Virus record (IMG/VR): IMGVR_UViG_3300027857_000001
Span: 71,302-135,301 of that record
Length of the DNA stretch: 64,000 bases
Source: a virus
Direction: 5' to 3' (one strand)
Shown here: positions 1 to 9,956 of the stretch, one piece after another
Layout: every line of letters starts with the position of its first letter
How positions within the stretch are numbered: the first letter of the stretch is position 1
Program-made: the position numbers and the translations under genes
The notes under the pieces: generated by a model
Told to the model about the DNA's origin: nothing
The model's input: only the letters and a program-made list of their open reading frames with translations
Databases searched by the model: none

Positions 1-61
1 CTCCGCCGCACGCAAGGCCGCAGCCGCCCTCACGGCCGCGCACCAGCCTGCGGTCACCGCC

Positions 62-610
62 ATGCTGGTGCGTCACCTCGGCAGGGCTGTCAGGGTGGGC
101 ACTCTCGGTGCTGCTGTCTCCGCCACCACCCTGACGCTGGTCGTGCAGACCGCGCCTCACACCACTGCGATCCCGCCCCGTCCCGCCGGCGCCCCGTCGT
201 CCGACCCGGCCGTCCCGGCCGCAGGCACTGCCGCGATCCCGGCGCACGCTCACCACGAGCGGCACCGTCTCCATCCGGCGGCCGTGCCGCCGCCCGCGCC
301 GCGCCGCCCCCGGCACCCCAGCCTGTCTGCGCCGCCATCCCCGGCACCGCCCGGGTCCCTCACCGCGCCCGCGGTGGTCATCACGGCCGGCGGCACCGGC
401 ATCCTCACGCTGACCGCCGCCGGCGGCCCGGTCGCCTGGACGCTGACATGCTCGGCCGGCATCACGCTCAGCACCTACAGCGGGCAGCTCGCCGAGGGTG
501 CCTCGGTCATGATCACGGTCACGGCAGCCGGCCCGGACGTGAACGGCACGATCTGGCTTCCGGGCGGCTGGCCGGTAAGGGTCCGGCCGTTCGGTCTCGC
601 CCCCGGCTAG
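62..610 (+). CDS. hypothetical protein, Pro-rich linker plus C-terminal Ig-like beta domain (possibly 5' partial)
   Basis: ORF with a TM-like segment, Pro/Ala linker and beta-rich tail; stop overlaps the stop of the convergent MTase. Confidence 0.4.
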   Translation: MLVRHLGRAVRVGTLGAAVSATTLTLVVQTAPHTTAIPPRPAGAPSSDPAVPAAGTAAIPAHAHHERHRLHPAAVPPPAPRRPRHPSLSAPPSPAPPGSLTAPAVVITAGGTGILTLTAAGGPVAWTLTCSAGITLSTYSGQLAEGASVMITVTAAGPDVNGTIWLPGGWPVRVRPFGLAPG

Positions 611-1440
611 CGGACCCGCCCGACCCCCGCGAGCGCGTACGCGGACCCGTCGGCCTCCAGGCAGTCGTGCCATCCCGGCCGCCAGCCCCGGGCCGGGACG
701 ACACCCGGGTCGAGGAGATCCATGCCGTCGAAGAAACCCGCGATGTCCTGCGCGGAGTGGTTGAACAGGTCCAGGCCGGAACGCCGGACCAGCTCGCGGA
801 CCTGCCGGAACACCTCATCGTCGTCGTTGTGCCCGGCGGAGATGACCACATAGCTCCCCGGCGCTGCTGCCCGCGAGTACGCGGCGACGACCTGCCGCGC
901 CTGCTCGCCGGACAGGAAATGCAGCACCATCCCGAATATCAGCCCGGCCGGCCTGCGCAGGTCGATCAGCTCACCTATGCGCCAGTCAGCCAGGACCGCT
1001 GCCGCGTCCGTCAGGTCGGCGCGGATCGCGATGACTCCCGGGGCAGTCGCCATCGCCCGTGCATGCGCGACCGCGACCGGGTCAGAGTCCACGTAGACGA
1101 CCCTGGCTGAGGGAAACACAGCCCGGGCAGCCTCGTGGACGGGGATGATCCGGACCCGCTCGCCGCCTGCTTCTGTCTCTCCCCTCGTGGGGATGCCCGC
1201 GCCCAGGTCCAGGAACTGCCCGACGCCCTGCTGCGCGAGCCAGGTGACCGCCCTGCCGAGGAATAGCCGGTTGCGGACGGCTATGAGCCGGGTTCCGGGG
1301 AACAGGCGCTCCACCTCGGCGGCGGCTGCCCTGTCGGCCGCGAAGCTGTCGCTGCCGCCCAGCCAGTAGTCGTACATCCGGGCGATGCTCGGGACACCAA
1401 GATCGACCGGGGGCCTGTCCCCGCCTCGCATGGAGGTCAC
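607..1440 (-). CDS. actinobacterial SAM-dependent methyltransferase (Methyltransf_19 type)
   Basis: PSIARMYDYWLGG...FAADR, QFLDLGAGIPT, VVYVDSDP motifs; GTG at 1440 follows GGAAAGGGGA RBS. Confidence 0.9.
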   Translation of the reverse strand: MTSMRGGDRPPVDLGVPSIARMYDYWLGGSDSFAADRAAAAEVERLFPGTRLIAVRNRLFLGRAVTWLAQQGVGQFLDLGAGIPTRGETEAGGERVRIIPVHEAARAVFPSARVVYVDSDPVAVAHARAMATAPGVIAIRADLTDAAAVLADWRIGELIDLRRPAGLIFGMVLHFLSGEQARQVVAAYSRAAAPGSYVVISAGHNDDDEVFRQVRELVRRSGLDLFNHSAQDIAGFFDGMDLLDPGVVPARGWRPGWHDCLEADGSAYALAGVGRVR

Positions 1441-1669
1441 TCCCTTTCCCCGCCGTCCCGTTCCCTGTTCCTGGTCAATATTCCCGCTACCTGCCGGTAA
1501 CGTGCCGTTCATCCGTGGCCGCGCGGACGGCCGTGCCGGGGGCGGCTGCCTCCCGCGCCGCCCCCGGCACATGCCTCCCTCAGGCCCGGTCACCGCGGGA
1601 CGGCGGGGGTGCGGTGACCGGGCTTCCCGGGCGGCACGGCATGCCGCACCATCGTGCCGGCCGGGAAGC

Positions 1670-1900
1670 TCACTGCGCGTGGTCCGGGTAGTGCCTGTCC
1701 GCCTTGGCCATCAGCCCCGCCAGGTCATAATCCACGAGAACGCGGTACCCGTCCGGTTCGGGGACTGTGAGCTCCCACGGATGGTCGAGGCCCGACGGGC
1801 GCAGGACCGTCGCCCCCGGCATCCTGTCCATGAAAGCGTTGAGGCGCCGCACCTGGCCGGGATCCTCTGCCCGGCCGGGCACGAGGTGGAGGTAGCTCAC
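1670..1900 (-). CDS. small hypothetical protein
   Basis: part of a chain of overlapping start/stop ORFs 1670-2357. Confidence 0.55.
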   Translation of the reverse strand: MSYLHLVPGRAEDPGQVRRLNAFMDRMPGATVLRPSGLDHPWELTVPEPDGYRVLVDYDLAGLMAKADRHYPDHAQ

Positions 1901-2133
1901 CGCAGCTTCCCTCCGACGGCGTCGAATCCTCGCAGCGCGACGGGGTCACCGAGCTCCTTCAGCGCCCACCAGACGAACCGCTGGGCCATGCCGTCGCGCG
2001 GGTTGCGCCACAGACGCAGGGCCTTGATGGCGTCGGCGACGGTCCCGGCCGGGTGCGCCGCCCGCCAGTCCCTCAGCTCGCTCGGCAGGTCCGGGTGCTT
2101 GCGCTCGAAGGCCGCGCACTCCTGCTCGGTCAT
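1897..2133 (-). CDS. small hypothetical protein
   Basis: 4-nt overlaps with both neighbours, GC3-rich codons. Confidence 0.55.
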   Translation of the reverse strand: MTEQECAAFERKHPDLPSELRDWRAAHPAGTVADAIKALRLWRNPRDGMAQRFVWWALKELGDPVALRGFDAVGGKLR

Positions 2134-2357
2134 GTCGCACGCTCCCTCGGCACAGGATCGGCGAAGTAATCCGAGACGATCCGCAGCCGCAGCCCGGCCG
2201 GGCAGGGGTCTGACAGCTCACTCCCCTTGCCGTCCCTGCGCCGTGCGCGGCACCGGCCGTCGGCGGCCCAGATCTCGTATGCGTCGCCCCAGTGGTACCT
2301 GACCTCGGCGAGCGGGCCGGCGAACCGTCCCGCGATGCCGCGCGGACGCGCGCTCAC
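2130..2357 (-). CDS. small hypothetical protein (HWGDAYEI motif)
   Basis: coupled to the downstream ORF. Confidence 0.55.
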   Translation of the reverse strand: MSARPRGIAGRFAGPLAEVRYHWGDAYEIWAADGRCRARRRDGKGSELSDPCPAGLRLRIVSDYFADPVPRERAT

Positions 2358-2563
2358 CGTGGCCTCCTGTGCCGCCGGCGCAGTTCCGGCACCACGCCGA
2401 GGCCGAAGACCGTCAGGAGAATGATGGCGGTGCCGATCTTGAACGGGGTCATGCGCATCGCGCGCCCCCCCCGGCAGTCTTGTTCCCTGCCCTGCCCATC
2501 CGCTGGCCTCCCTGGCGCGACGATCGGGATACGGGCAGTCAACTACGGGGAAAGGCAGGCGAC

Positions 2564-2607
2564 GGGTACACGTCGTACCCCGTCACCGATGGGTACGTTC
2601 TGTACCC
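2564..2607. promoter_or_regulatory. two palindromic operator-like sites GGGTAC-N5-GTACCC
   Basis: copies at 2564-2580 and 2591-2607, upstream of the leftward small-gene operon and at the 3' end of the XRE gene. Confidence 0.55.
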
Positions 2608-3893
2608 GTTAAGGCGGCGATGCCGACTGCGGCAGCCAGGGACCGCGCCCGCTCGCGTATCGCCTCCGCGCCCCTCTCGGCGGCATCGGCCACCCATGAG
2701 CGGGTGAACAGGTTGTACCGCGCGGTATCCGGCGACTCGTCCCGCGCCTGCTCCAGCAGGCTGATGATCGCCACCGGGTCCGGTCGCGCCGTGCGCGAGC
2801 GCAGGGAACGGGCGCGTGCGGACTCGATCAGGTGGAAGCTTCGGCGGGTCGCGCTGGGCATGCCGGCCAGGCGCAGCCGGTTCGCCTGCCGGACCGCGTT
2901 ACCGCCCTGCATCAGGTCAGCATGCATGGTGACCGCGTACGCCTCGGTCATCCCGGGGCCGAATATCAGCCAGGGGTGCGCGTACCCGGCACCCAGCGTC
3001 CTGGCCGCCCTTGACGCCTCGTCCCAGTAGCCCCACGCCTCACCCTCGCGCCCGGTCTTCGCGTACGACAGGGCACACGAAAGCTGGAGCAGCCCCCACA
3101 GTGCGAGATCTTCCTCAGACTCGCCCGGGCGGAGCAGCCGCGCGGCGGACAGCGCCAGCGCAGTACGGGCCTCGGCCGCCTCCCCCGCATCGCGGAAGAC
3201 GTGATTCAGGTACCAGGCCGCAGCGGCGATCGCCGCCGGGTCGTCCGCGTCCTGCGCGGCCTGCATGGCCCTGTCGCCGCACAGCATGATCAGGTCCGGG
3301 CGCGGCTGGAAGGAAAGGAAGAGCTGGGTGACGTGATAGGTCTGGGCGAGCGAGCGGAGCGCGGAGCGGCGCTCGTCGCCGGCCAGGCGGCGGGCCGAAT
3401 CCCGCGCATCCCGCAGCAGGCCCGGGAGCACGACCGACACTGCCGTCCGCTGCCGTCTCGCCCCGTGCCACATCTCCCACGCCTCGCAGGTCCGCGCCGA
3501 GAGCTCGGATGCCGCGACGGGTTCCGTATCCGCCGGCCGGAACATGTAGTCGGTCAGCGCGCTGCTGACTGTGCCGAGGGACTCATGCCGGGCCTTGCCG
3601 AACTGGGCAACGGAAAGGCGCTGATCCCCGGTCAGCTCTGACAGGTCAGCGACCTGGAGTATCTCCGCGATGCGCAGCAGCAGCGGAATCCGGGGGACTT
3701 GCAGCCGTCCCGTCTCCACGGCCTTCACCCATTCTGCTGACTTCCCGGCAAGGCCCGCGAGTACGGGCCGGGACATCCCCGCACGCTCCCTGAAGTACCT
3801 GATCCGCTCGCCGGCCGGTTTCCCGGCAAGCTCGGGGCTGCTCCCTGGTGTAGAATCCACGATGAGACCCTGCCTATCTGACTGCATCGACAC
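2583..3893 (-). CDS. XRE-family HTH transcriptional regulator with helical C-terminal domain
   Basis: GERIRYFRERAGMSRPVLAGLAGKSAEWVKAVETGRL HTH_3 signature; ~430-aa actinomycete architecture. Confidence 0.88.
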   Translation of the reverse strand: MSMQSDRQGLIVDSTPGSSPELAGKPAGERIRYFRERAGMSRPVLAGLAGKSAEWVKAVETGRLQVPRIPLLLRIAEILQVADLSELTGDQRLSVAQFGKARHESLGTVSSALTDYMFRPADTEPVAASELSARTCEAWEMWHGARRQRTAVSVVLPGLLRDARDSARRLAGDERRSALRSLAQTYHVTQLFLSFQPRPDLIMLCGDRAMQAAQDADDPAAIAAAAWYLNHVFRDAGEAAEARTALALSAARLLRPGESEEDLALWGLLQLSCALSYAKTGREGEAWGYWDEASRAARTLGAGYAHPWLIFGPGMTEAYAVTMHADLMQGGNAVRQANRLRLAGMPSATRRSFHLIESARARSLRSRTARPDPVAIISLLEQARDESPDTARYNLFTRSWVADAAERGAEAIRERARSLAAAVGIAALTGTERTHR

Positions 3894-3982
3894 CAGCCAG
3901 CATAACGCGGGGTCTTAACTATGCGCAGCTTGTGAATCACACGGGCAGGGGGACAAGCACCCGGGTGCATGGGGAATAGTCC

Positions 3983-4183
3983 CTATCCCGGGGTTACGCG
4001 CCGGTTCGTCACTCTGGCCCGGCTGACGGGCAGTCCCGCCCGGGGGCGCCGAATTGAGTGCGGGCACCCGGCCGTCACGCCGCCGTCCGGCCCCAGGATG
4101 ACCGCGTCCCGCCGGCCCTCTACCGGGACCTCCTTCACCCGGCTGGCAGGCACCATGACCAGCACGTAACGCTGCTCATCCAT
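3983..4183 (-). CDS. hypothetical protein
   Basis: MDEQRYVLVMVP after GGAGGACCGGA RBS, overlapping the GntR stop. Confidence 0.4.
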   Translation of the reverse strand: MDEQRYVLVMVPASRVKEVPVEGRRDAVILGPDGGVTAGCPHSIRRPRAGLPVSRARVTNRRVTPG

Positions 4184-4697
4184 TCCGGTCCTCCTGTTCC
4201 GGCCGTGCTTCCACAGACGCCCCGTCCAGGTCCCAGTCTCTTCCGGCCGCCTCGCGGATAAGCTCGCAGAGCCGGTCGGCCGCATGCCCGGAGTGCGCGG
4301 CGAGGATGACGGCCGCGACTGCTGGCCCGTCCCCGGCCAGTGCTGCGCCCACGGCCTCCGCCATAGGGTCATCCGCGACCACCGCCTCGAGCGCATCAAG
4401 AAGCCTGCCGTATGCATCGGCGTCGATACCGGGGGCCGCAAGGGCAATGCGGGCCACGACGGCGTAGCGGTGCAGAGGGAGGACTACCGTGCCGCGCCCG
4501 TCGCCGACTCTGGCCAGCCGCCACGCGACCAGCGTTTCCAGCGCCCTCTGGGCGACAGACTGGGTGACTCCGTACTCGCGGGCCATGGCCGGAGCGCCAG
4601 GCAGGGTGACACCCGGAGCCCACTCGCCGGCGAGTATCCGCTGCCGCAGGTCCCGCGCTACCTGTTCGTAGCGCGCCACTGGCGGCGTCAGCTTCAC
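4176..4697 (-). CDS. GntR-family winged-helix regulator (KorA/TraR-like)
   Basis: RYEQVARDLRQRILAGEWAPGVTLPG...AREYGVTQSVAQRALETL; start estimated at GTG 4697. Confidence 0.85.
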   Translation of the reverse strand: MKLTPPVARYEQVARDLRQRILAGEWAPGVTLPGAPAMAREYGVTQSVAQRALETLVAWRLARVGDGRGTVVLPLHRYAVVARIALAAPGIDADAYGRLLDALEAVVADDPMAEAVGAALAGDGPAVAAVILAAHSGHAADRLCELIREAAGRDWDLDGASVEARPEQEDRNG

Positions 4698-4852
4698 GCG
4701 GCGCTTCCCTCTCCTCCGTCTCCGGCTATCGCGCCCATCGTATTGCCGGTAACCGTTAACGCCTAGCTCCGGCGGATTGACATTTACGCGGGCAGGGGTC
4801 ATGGTTGGAGTATCTCACGGATAACGCTCAGAATTAATACGGAGATGACCGC

Positions 4853-5380
4853 ATGAGCACCTCCCTCCTTCCCTGGCTGATCGCCGCAGGCCTCGTCCTG
4901 GTGTGGCTGTTCAGCTGCGTCTCGGCCTGGTCCGATAACCGGTACGAGGTCACTGCCGTCTCGTCATGGCGTTTCCGTCTCACCCGCCGCTGGTACAGCA
5001 TCCGCAGTAGGGTCCGGTGCGGTGACCGCGGCGAGGTCTACGAGGTGCGCGACTGGTCCGATGACGGCACCGCCGTCCCGTGGCTGCTGGTCGCGAACTT
5101 CAACGGCGATCCTGACGACGTGTACTGGTGCCCGGTCACGGACTGCACCCCGTCCGCCGTCCGCCGGTTCCGGCCGCGCCTGCTGGTGGTCCGCTACGGC
5201 CGGATCCCGGTGCCGTGGCTGTTCCTGTTCTGGTACGAGCCGGCGCCCCGCCAGTGCAAGTACTGCGGCGAGCCTGCCACCTGCGAACACGACTCCGCCA
5301 TCAGCCACGGCGGGTGCCTGTGCGATGCACACCTGCTCGCGGCCGACCGGGTCCGCACCCGCGAGCAGGGTGCGTCATGA
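4853..5380 (+). CDS. hypothetical protein, N-terminal TM segment and C-terminal Cys motif
   Basis: ORF after an AT-richer intergenic stretch; stop overlaps the WhiB ATG. Confidence 0.55.
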   Translation: MSTSLLPWLIAAGLVLVWLFSCVSAWSDNRYEVTAVSSWRFRLTRRWYSIRSRVRCGDRGEVYEVRDWSDDGTAVPWLLVANFNGDPDDVYWCPVTDCTPSAVRRFRPRLLVVRYGRIPVPWLFLFWYEPAPRQCKYCGEPATCEHDSAISHGGCLCDAHLLAADRVRTREQGAS

Positions 5381-5670
5381 ACGGCCCGCCCCGAGCGTGG
5401 ATGCGGCACGCTGCGTGCCGTGATCTGCCGCTGACGCTCTTCTTCGGCCCGGACGGCGAAGATGCCGTAGCCCGCGCCGAGCGCGAGAAGCAGGCGAAAG
5501 CCGTCTGTGCCGGATGCCCTGTGCGCGTCGAGTGCCTGATGTACCGGCTGGGCTACCCGTATCAGCGGGATGACGGGATCTGGGCCGGGTTCGACGGCGG
5601 CCAGCGGGCTCAGCTCCGCCGCAGCGATCTCCGCCGCCAGCGCCACGCAGAGAGGACGGCGGCGGCATGA
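5377..5670 (+). CDS. whiB: WhiB-family Fe-S transcription factor
   Basis: W..HAAC...LFF...AKAVCAGCPVRVECL...GIWAG; four Cys plus a G-W-G-like turn. Confidence 0.92.
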   Translation: MNGPPRAWMRHAACRDLPLTLFFGPDGEDAVARAEREKQAKAVCAGCPVRVECLMYRLGYPYQRDDGIWAGFDGGQRAQLRRSDLRRQRHAERTAAA

Positions 5671-5873
5671 ACACCCTGTACGCCATCGTCGCCGCAATCG
5701 GCGCTCTCATCGCCGCCTGCCACCAGCACGTCACCGTCACGCTGGCCGGGCACGCCTTCGGCACCTCGCTGGGCGTGCTGATCCTGTGCACGGTCATCGC
5801 CGTCTGCATGGCCGCGACCGTGATCACGGTCCGGTCAGTGTTCTGGCCGGCCATGTCGCGGGTCGCCTCATGA
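5667..5873 (+). CDS. small membrane protein
   Basis: two hydrophobic segments, ATGA-coupled on both sides. Confidence 0.6.
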   Translation: MNTLYAIVAAIGALIAACHQHVTVTLAGHAFGTSLGVLILCTVIAVCMAATVITVRSVFWPAMSRVAS

Positions 5874-8200
5874 CGAGCCTCAACGGACACGGCGAGGATG
5901 AGGGCGGCCAGGTCATCGCCCTGCGGCCGGATTCCGGTGCGGATGCACAGGACTCCGGCCAGCCGCCCGGCCCGCCAATCCCGCCCGCGGTGGCCGCCGG
6001 TGACGGCGAGCCAGGCAAGCGCCGCCCCATCGTCCCCCCCGCGCTCGGCCGTGACCGCTGGCGGCAGACCGCCGGCGAATGGGCCGGGGAAACCTGCTAC
6101 CGGTGCGCGTATCACGCGGTCAGGTCACCGTGGTACCCGGTGTGGTTCAGCTTCCTGGCCGGCCGGGGCGGGTGGCGGCTGGTGAAGAAGCTAGCCCGCT
6201 GGTGGTCCGCACCTGAACTGAAGATCCTGGAATCCGAGGCTGTCGCCAGGGGCAATGCGGCCCACCACCAGGCGATGCAGGCCCATCTTGAAGGCACGCG
6301 GACCCGCAAGCGGCACGGCCAGATCGTCGGGGTCAGCGCGTTCCTGGCGGCCGGTGTCATCGCTGCGGCCCTGAAGTTCGCGCCCTGGTGGGCCTGGCCG
6401 CTCGCCGGATGCGCCACGTACCCGGTGCTGGTTTATCACGGCAGGCCCATCGGGAAGCCGATCATCCACTCGGCGATCGTCCCCCCGCAGTACCAGCCGC
6501 CGACGAAGGAGATCATCACCCAGGCGTTCGACAGCCTCGGCATCGGCAGGCTGAGCGCCCACATCAAGACGGCGGGCACGCTCGACTGGATCATCGACCT
6601 GCACAACGACAACGACGGCTGGGCGATCGAGCTTGACCTGCCCAAGGGCGTCACCGCGAAGATGATCATCGCCAAGCGCAAGGAACTGTCGTCCGGGCTG
6701 CGCCGCCCGCTTTCCGCCGTCTGGCCTGAAGCGGTTCCCGGAGAGCACGAGGGGCGCCTGTTCCTGTGGATCGGCCGCCGCGACCTGGCGAAGCAGAAGC
6801 CCGTCCCGTACCCGCTGCTGAAGTCCGGCACAGGGGACATCTTCCAGCAGGCGCCGTTCGGCACCCTCCCGCGCGGGACGAAAGTCACCGTACCGATGTT
6901 CCAGGCCAACTGGCTGGTCGGTGCGACCATGGGCAACGGCAAGACCGCGACACTCAGGGTGCTGCTGGCCTGGGCCGCGCTCGACACGGTGTGCGACCTG
7001 TGGATTCACGAGCACTCCGGCAAGGGTGACCTGGAGCCGTACGCGCAGGTATCCCACCGCTACGTGTCCGGGATCGATGACGAGTCCATCGCCTACACCG
7101 CCGAGTCCCTGCGCATGCTGCGCAGGGAACTGGAGAAGCGGCAGAAGATCTTCAAGACCATACCTGGGGAACGCAAGCCGGACGCCGCCCTGACCCGCGA
7201 GCTGGCGCTGGCCGACAGGCGGCTCCGCCCGATCGCGGCCGTGTTCGATGAGGCTCACAACGCCTTCAGCCATCCCAGGTACGGCGAGCAGATTGAGGCG
7301 GACATGGAGTTCGTCATGCGCCTCGGACGGGCCTACGGGATCATGATCTTCCTCGCGACCCAGCGGCCCGGCCAGGGCTCGATCCCGCCGGCCATCACCG
7401 CCGTGCTCGTGATCCGGTTCTGCCTGAAGGTCAACGACCAGGTCACTAACGACATGATCCTCGGCACCGGCTCATACACGGCGGGCTGGAACGCCGCCGA
7501 GTTCCGTCACGAGATAGACGCGGGCCTGGGCTGGCTGCGCGGGGCTGCCGAGCCCTGCGCGCCGAAGGTCTACTACCTCAACCTGCCCGCGACCAAGAAA
7601 GTCGCTGCCCGTGCGCGAGCGATGCGCGAGGCCGCCGGCGTGCTGTCCGGTCACGCGCTCGGCGAGGAGAACCCGGCGGAGGAAACCCGCGACTACCTCG
7701 CCGATGTCCTGTCGGTGTTCGGCACCGAACCGAACCTGTGGTGCAAGACCATCGCCGAGCGCATGCGTGACCGGATCCCGGGCGTCTACGCGGACACCAC
7801 TCCTGCTGCGGTCTCAAGCCAGCTCAAGGCGCGCGGAGTCACCGTGAAGAACGTCCGTGAGCCCGGCAGGGACCCGAACCTGGGATGCGAGCGCGCGGCT
7901 GTAGAGGCGGCACTGGCCGGCAAGGTCCCGGCCGCAGCGCCTGCTGAAGGGCAGCGGGCCGACCCGGAACTGCTGGCCCTCGCTGCCGAGCAGGTGATCA
8001 GCACCCAGCACGCGACGACCGCGATGCTCCAGCGCAAGCTCCGGGTGACGCACGCCGAGGCACTGGACCTGATGGCTGCGCTCGAGCTGGCCGGGATCGT
8101 CGGCACGGCGAGGGAAGGCTCGGTCTCGCGGGATGTCCTCGTGAAGCCGGACGGCCTCGGGGACGCGCTCGCGAGGGTGAAGGAGACGGCCGGTGTGTAG
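5870..8200 (+). CDS. traB: FtsK/SpoIIIE-type conjugative DNA translocase (TraB-like)
   Basis: TM segments; Walker A GATMGNGKT; Walker B AVFDEAH; LATQRP; C-terminal FtsK-gamma-like wHTH (TAMLQRKLRVTHAEALDLMAALELAGIVG). Confidence 0.88.
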   Translation: MTSLNGHGEDEGGQVIALRPDSGADAQDSGQPPGPPIPPAVAAGDGEPGKRRPIVPPALGRDRWRQTAGEWAGETCYRCAYHAVRSPWYPVWFSFLAGRGGWRLVKKLARWWSAPELKILESEAVARGNAAHHQAMQAHLEGTRTRKRHGQIVGVSAFLAAGVIAAALKFAPWWAWPLAGCATYPVLVYHGRPIGKPIIHSAIVPPQYQPPTKEIITQAFDSLGIGRLSAHIKTAGTLDWIIDLHNDNDGWAIELDLPKGVTAKMIIAKRKELSSGLRRPLSAVWPEAVPGEHEGRLFLWIGRRDLAKQKPVPYPLLKSGTGDIFQQAPFGTLPRGTKVTVPMFQANWLVGATMGNGKTATLRVLLAWAALDTVCDLWIHEHSGKGDLEPYAQVSHRYVSGIDDESIAYTAESLRMLRRELEKRQKIFKTIPGERKPDAALTRELALADRRLRPIAAVFDEAHNAFSHPRYGEQIEADMEFVMRLGRAYGIMIFLATQRPGQGSIPPAITAVLVIRFCLKVNDQVTNDMILGTGSYTAGWNAAEFRHEIDAGLGWLRGAAEPCAPKVYYLNLPATKKVAARARAMREAAGVLSGHALGEENPAEETRDYLADVLSVFGTEPNLWCKTIAERMRDRIPGVYADTTPAAVSSQLKARGVTVKNVREPGRDPNLGCERAAVEAALAGKVPAAAPAEGQRADPELLALAAEQVISTQHATTAMLQRKLRVTHAEALDLMAALELAGIVGTAREGSVSRDVLVKPDGLGDALARVKETAGV

Positions 8201-8242
8201 GACCAGGACCCCGGAAACCGTTAAACATCTCCTACAGCCCCG

Positions 8243-8368
8243 GACCTGCGAAGACATGGAGCGCGATAACGGGCGCTACAGAGTGCGGGCCTGTGACCTG
8301 CGATGTTATGCGGGACCTACACAGGCATCACGGCGCGCGGAATGGCAGTCCCTAGGGAGCACCTGCAC
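8243..8368 (+). repeat. spaced ACCT(G/A)C repeats downstream of traB (candidate clt)
   Basis: GACCTGCGA 8243 and 8295, GACCTACAC 8314, CACCTGCAC 8360 in a non-coding gap. Confidence 0.35.
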
Positions 8369-8388
8369 AAGACGGAGGATCAGCGGGC

Positions 8389-9009
8389 GTGCGGATCTCG
8401 GTATCGCTGATCCGCTGCGGCCGGTGCGGGAAGACCTACTCCCGTCCGCTCGGGCACGTCTGCGTCACCAGTGCCACGAGCAAGCGCAGGACACGGCGCA
8501 CTGCCTTCCGGCCGCACGTCTCGCTGACCTGCTCGAAGTGCGGCAAGCCGCTCGGCAACCCGCTCACACACACCTGCACGGTCCGCACCGACTGGAAGAA
8601 GCGGGCCGCCGCTGCCGAGCGGAAGCGCAAGGCCTCGGAGAAGCGCCGGAAAGCCGCGCCGGCGAAGGCTGCGGCGAAGGCCCGCCGGAAGGCCGCGGCT
8701 GGTGTCCGCCGCGCCGCCGAGCGGGAACGCCGCAAGCAGGCCGTCGCCAGGGCCGTAGCCGCCGAGCGCGCCCGGAACGAGAAGGCACGCAGGCGTGCAG
8801 CCAGCCAGACCCACGACAGGACACGCCATGAGCCTCAGAGCTGCGGGGACCTCAATTGCCACCGCTACCCGTGCCGCATCTGGCGTGAAGCTTCCGAGGC
8901 CGGCCACCTGCGCGGACTCGCCGAGGGCTACGCGAAGGGCTACGCCGACGGGTACGCGAGCGGCTACCCGGACGGGATCAGGGCGTGTCCCCTTCCCCAC
9001 CAGGGGTGA
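8389..9009 (+). CDS. Cys/His-rich basic hypothetical protein (two Zn-finger-like motifs)
   Basis: CGRCG..HVC and CSKCG..HTC motifs; basic coiled coil; GGAGG RBS. Confidence 0.65.
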   Translation: MRISVSLIRCGRCGKTYSRPLGHVCVTSATSKRRTRRTAFRPHVSLTCSKCGKPLGNPLTHTCTVRTDWKKRAAAAERKRKASEKRRKAAPAKAAAKARRKAAAGVRRAAERERRKQAVARAVAAERARNEKARRRAASQTHDRTRHEPQSCGDLNCHRYPCRIWREASEAGHLRGLAEGYAKGYADGYASGYPDGIRACPLPHQG

Positions 9010-9012
9010 GGC

Positions 9013-9345
9013 ATGCTGATCGCCGTCCTGGCCGTCGTCGTCGCTGCGTGCGCCAGCCACGGTGCACTAGCGCTGATCCTCGCCATGTTCGCAGCCGTCA
9101 CCGTGTACGTGCTGGTCACGCTCGTGCACCCGGTGCACCGCTGTGTGCGGTGCCGGGGACGGCGGGTCATCGTGCACGGGAGCCGTGCACAGGCATGCCG
9201 GCCCTGCAGGGCGTCCGGCCGTACCAGGCGGCTGGGCGCCCCGGTTATCCACCGTCTCGCCTGGTCGCTCATCGGCCCGGCGCTCCGCTCTGTGCTGGAA
9301 GTACGCCACGAGGAGCTGCGCGAGAAGGCGGGGTACCCGGAATGA
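9013..9345 (+). CDS. membrane protein with CxxC Zn-finger-like motifs
   Basis: two TM segments, then CVRCRG and CRPCRASG. Confidence 0.65.
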   Translation: MLIAVLAVVVAACASHGALALILAMFAAVTVYVLVTLVHPVHRCVRCRGRRVIVHGSRAQACRPCRASGRTRRLGAPVIHRLAWSLIGPALRSVLEVRHEELREKAGYPE

Positions 9346-9773
9346 GCTGTCCTGGCCTCCACTGCCCCGGCTGCGGGTCCTGCTCGGGCGGCGGCGGCCA
9401 GCTCGCTGCGTGGGCGCTGCTGGCCGCCGCCGCGACCGGAGTCCTGTCGTGGCTCGCAGCCCGCATCTGGTGGATCGCCGGGGCGGCAGCCGGAGCTCTC
9501 GCCCTCGCGATCCTCGCCGCCGTCCTGCTGCGCCGTGCCATGCACCGGATGCGGGCGGCCGACCTGGCGCAGCTCGCCGCGACGCACAAGACCATCGCCG
9601 CCGAACGGAAGCCGCAGGTCACGAAGGTGACGCCGACCGCGATCACGAACCACTACCACGGGCCCGAGGTCCACTTCCACGGCGCGGGGGCGGCTGAGGC
9701 TGCAGTCCGCGCCATGCAGCAAGCGATACCCGGGCAGGCCGGGGACGCCATCACCGGAAGGAACGAGCGATGA
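9342..9773 (+). CDS. membrane hypothetical protein
   Basis: MSCPGLHCPGC then two TM segments; coupled ORF. Confidence 0.6.
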   Translation: MSCPGLHCPGCGSCSGGGGQLAAWALLAAAATGVLSWLAARIWWIAGAAAGALALAILAAVLLRRAMHRMRAADLAQLAATHKTIAAERKPQVTKVTPTAITNHYHGPEVHFHGAGAAEAAVRAMQQAIPGQAGDAITGRNER

Positions 9774-9952
9774 CCAAGTCAGTCAGCGGATCGCGCCGCG
9801 CTGACGGCAAGCCAGAGACGGCAGCCGACAAGCGGTTCTTCGACCTGCGCGAGTCCGGCTACACCGGGCCGATCGACCAGGACGGCCGCGTCCCCGCCGA
9901 GGACCGTCCAGCGCGCGGGATCCTCCACGCGCTCCGCAAGCGCGAGGCGTGA
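9770..9952 (+). CDS. small hypothetical protein (RFFDLRESGYTGPIDQDG)
   Basis: ATGA-coupled, GC3-rich. Confidence 0.6.
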   Translation: MTKSVSGSRRADGKPETAADKRFFDLRESGYTGPIDQDGRVPAEDRPARGILHALRKREA

Positions 9953-9956
9953 CGTC

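Noticed and set aside
5570-5869. ORF-track N-terminal extensions of traB, and similar extensions of tnpB (to 35119), ParB-NUDIX (from 39946) and terS (from 19871)
   Set aside because: They overlap upstream genes; downstream starts have an RBS, promoter or stop/start coupling
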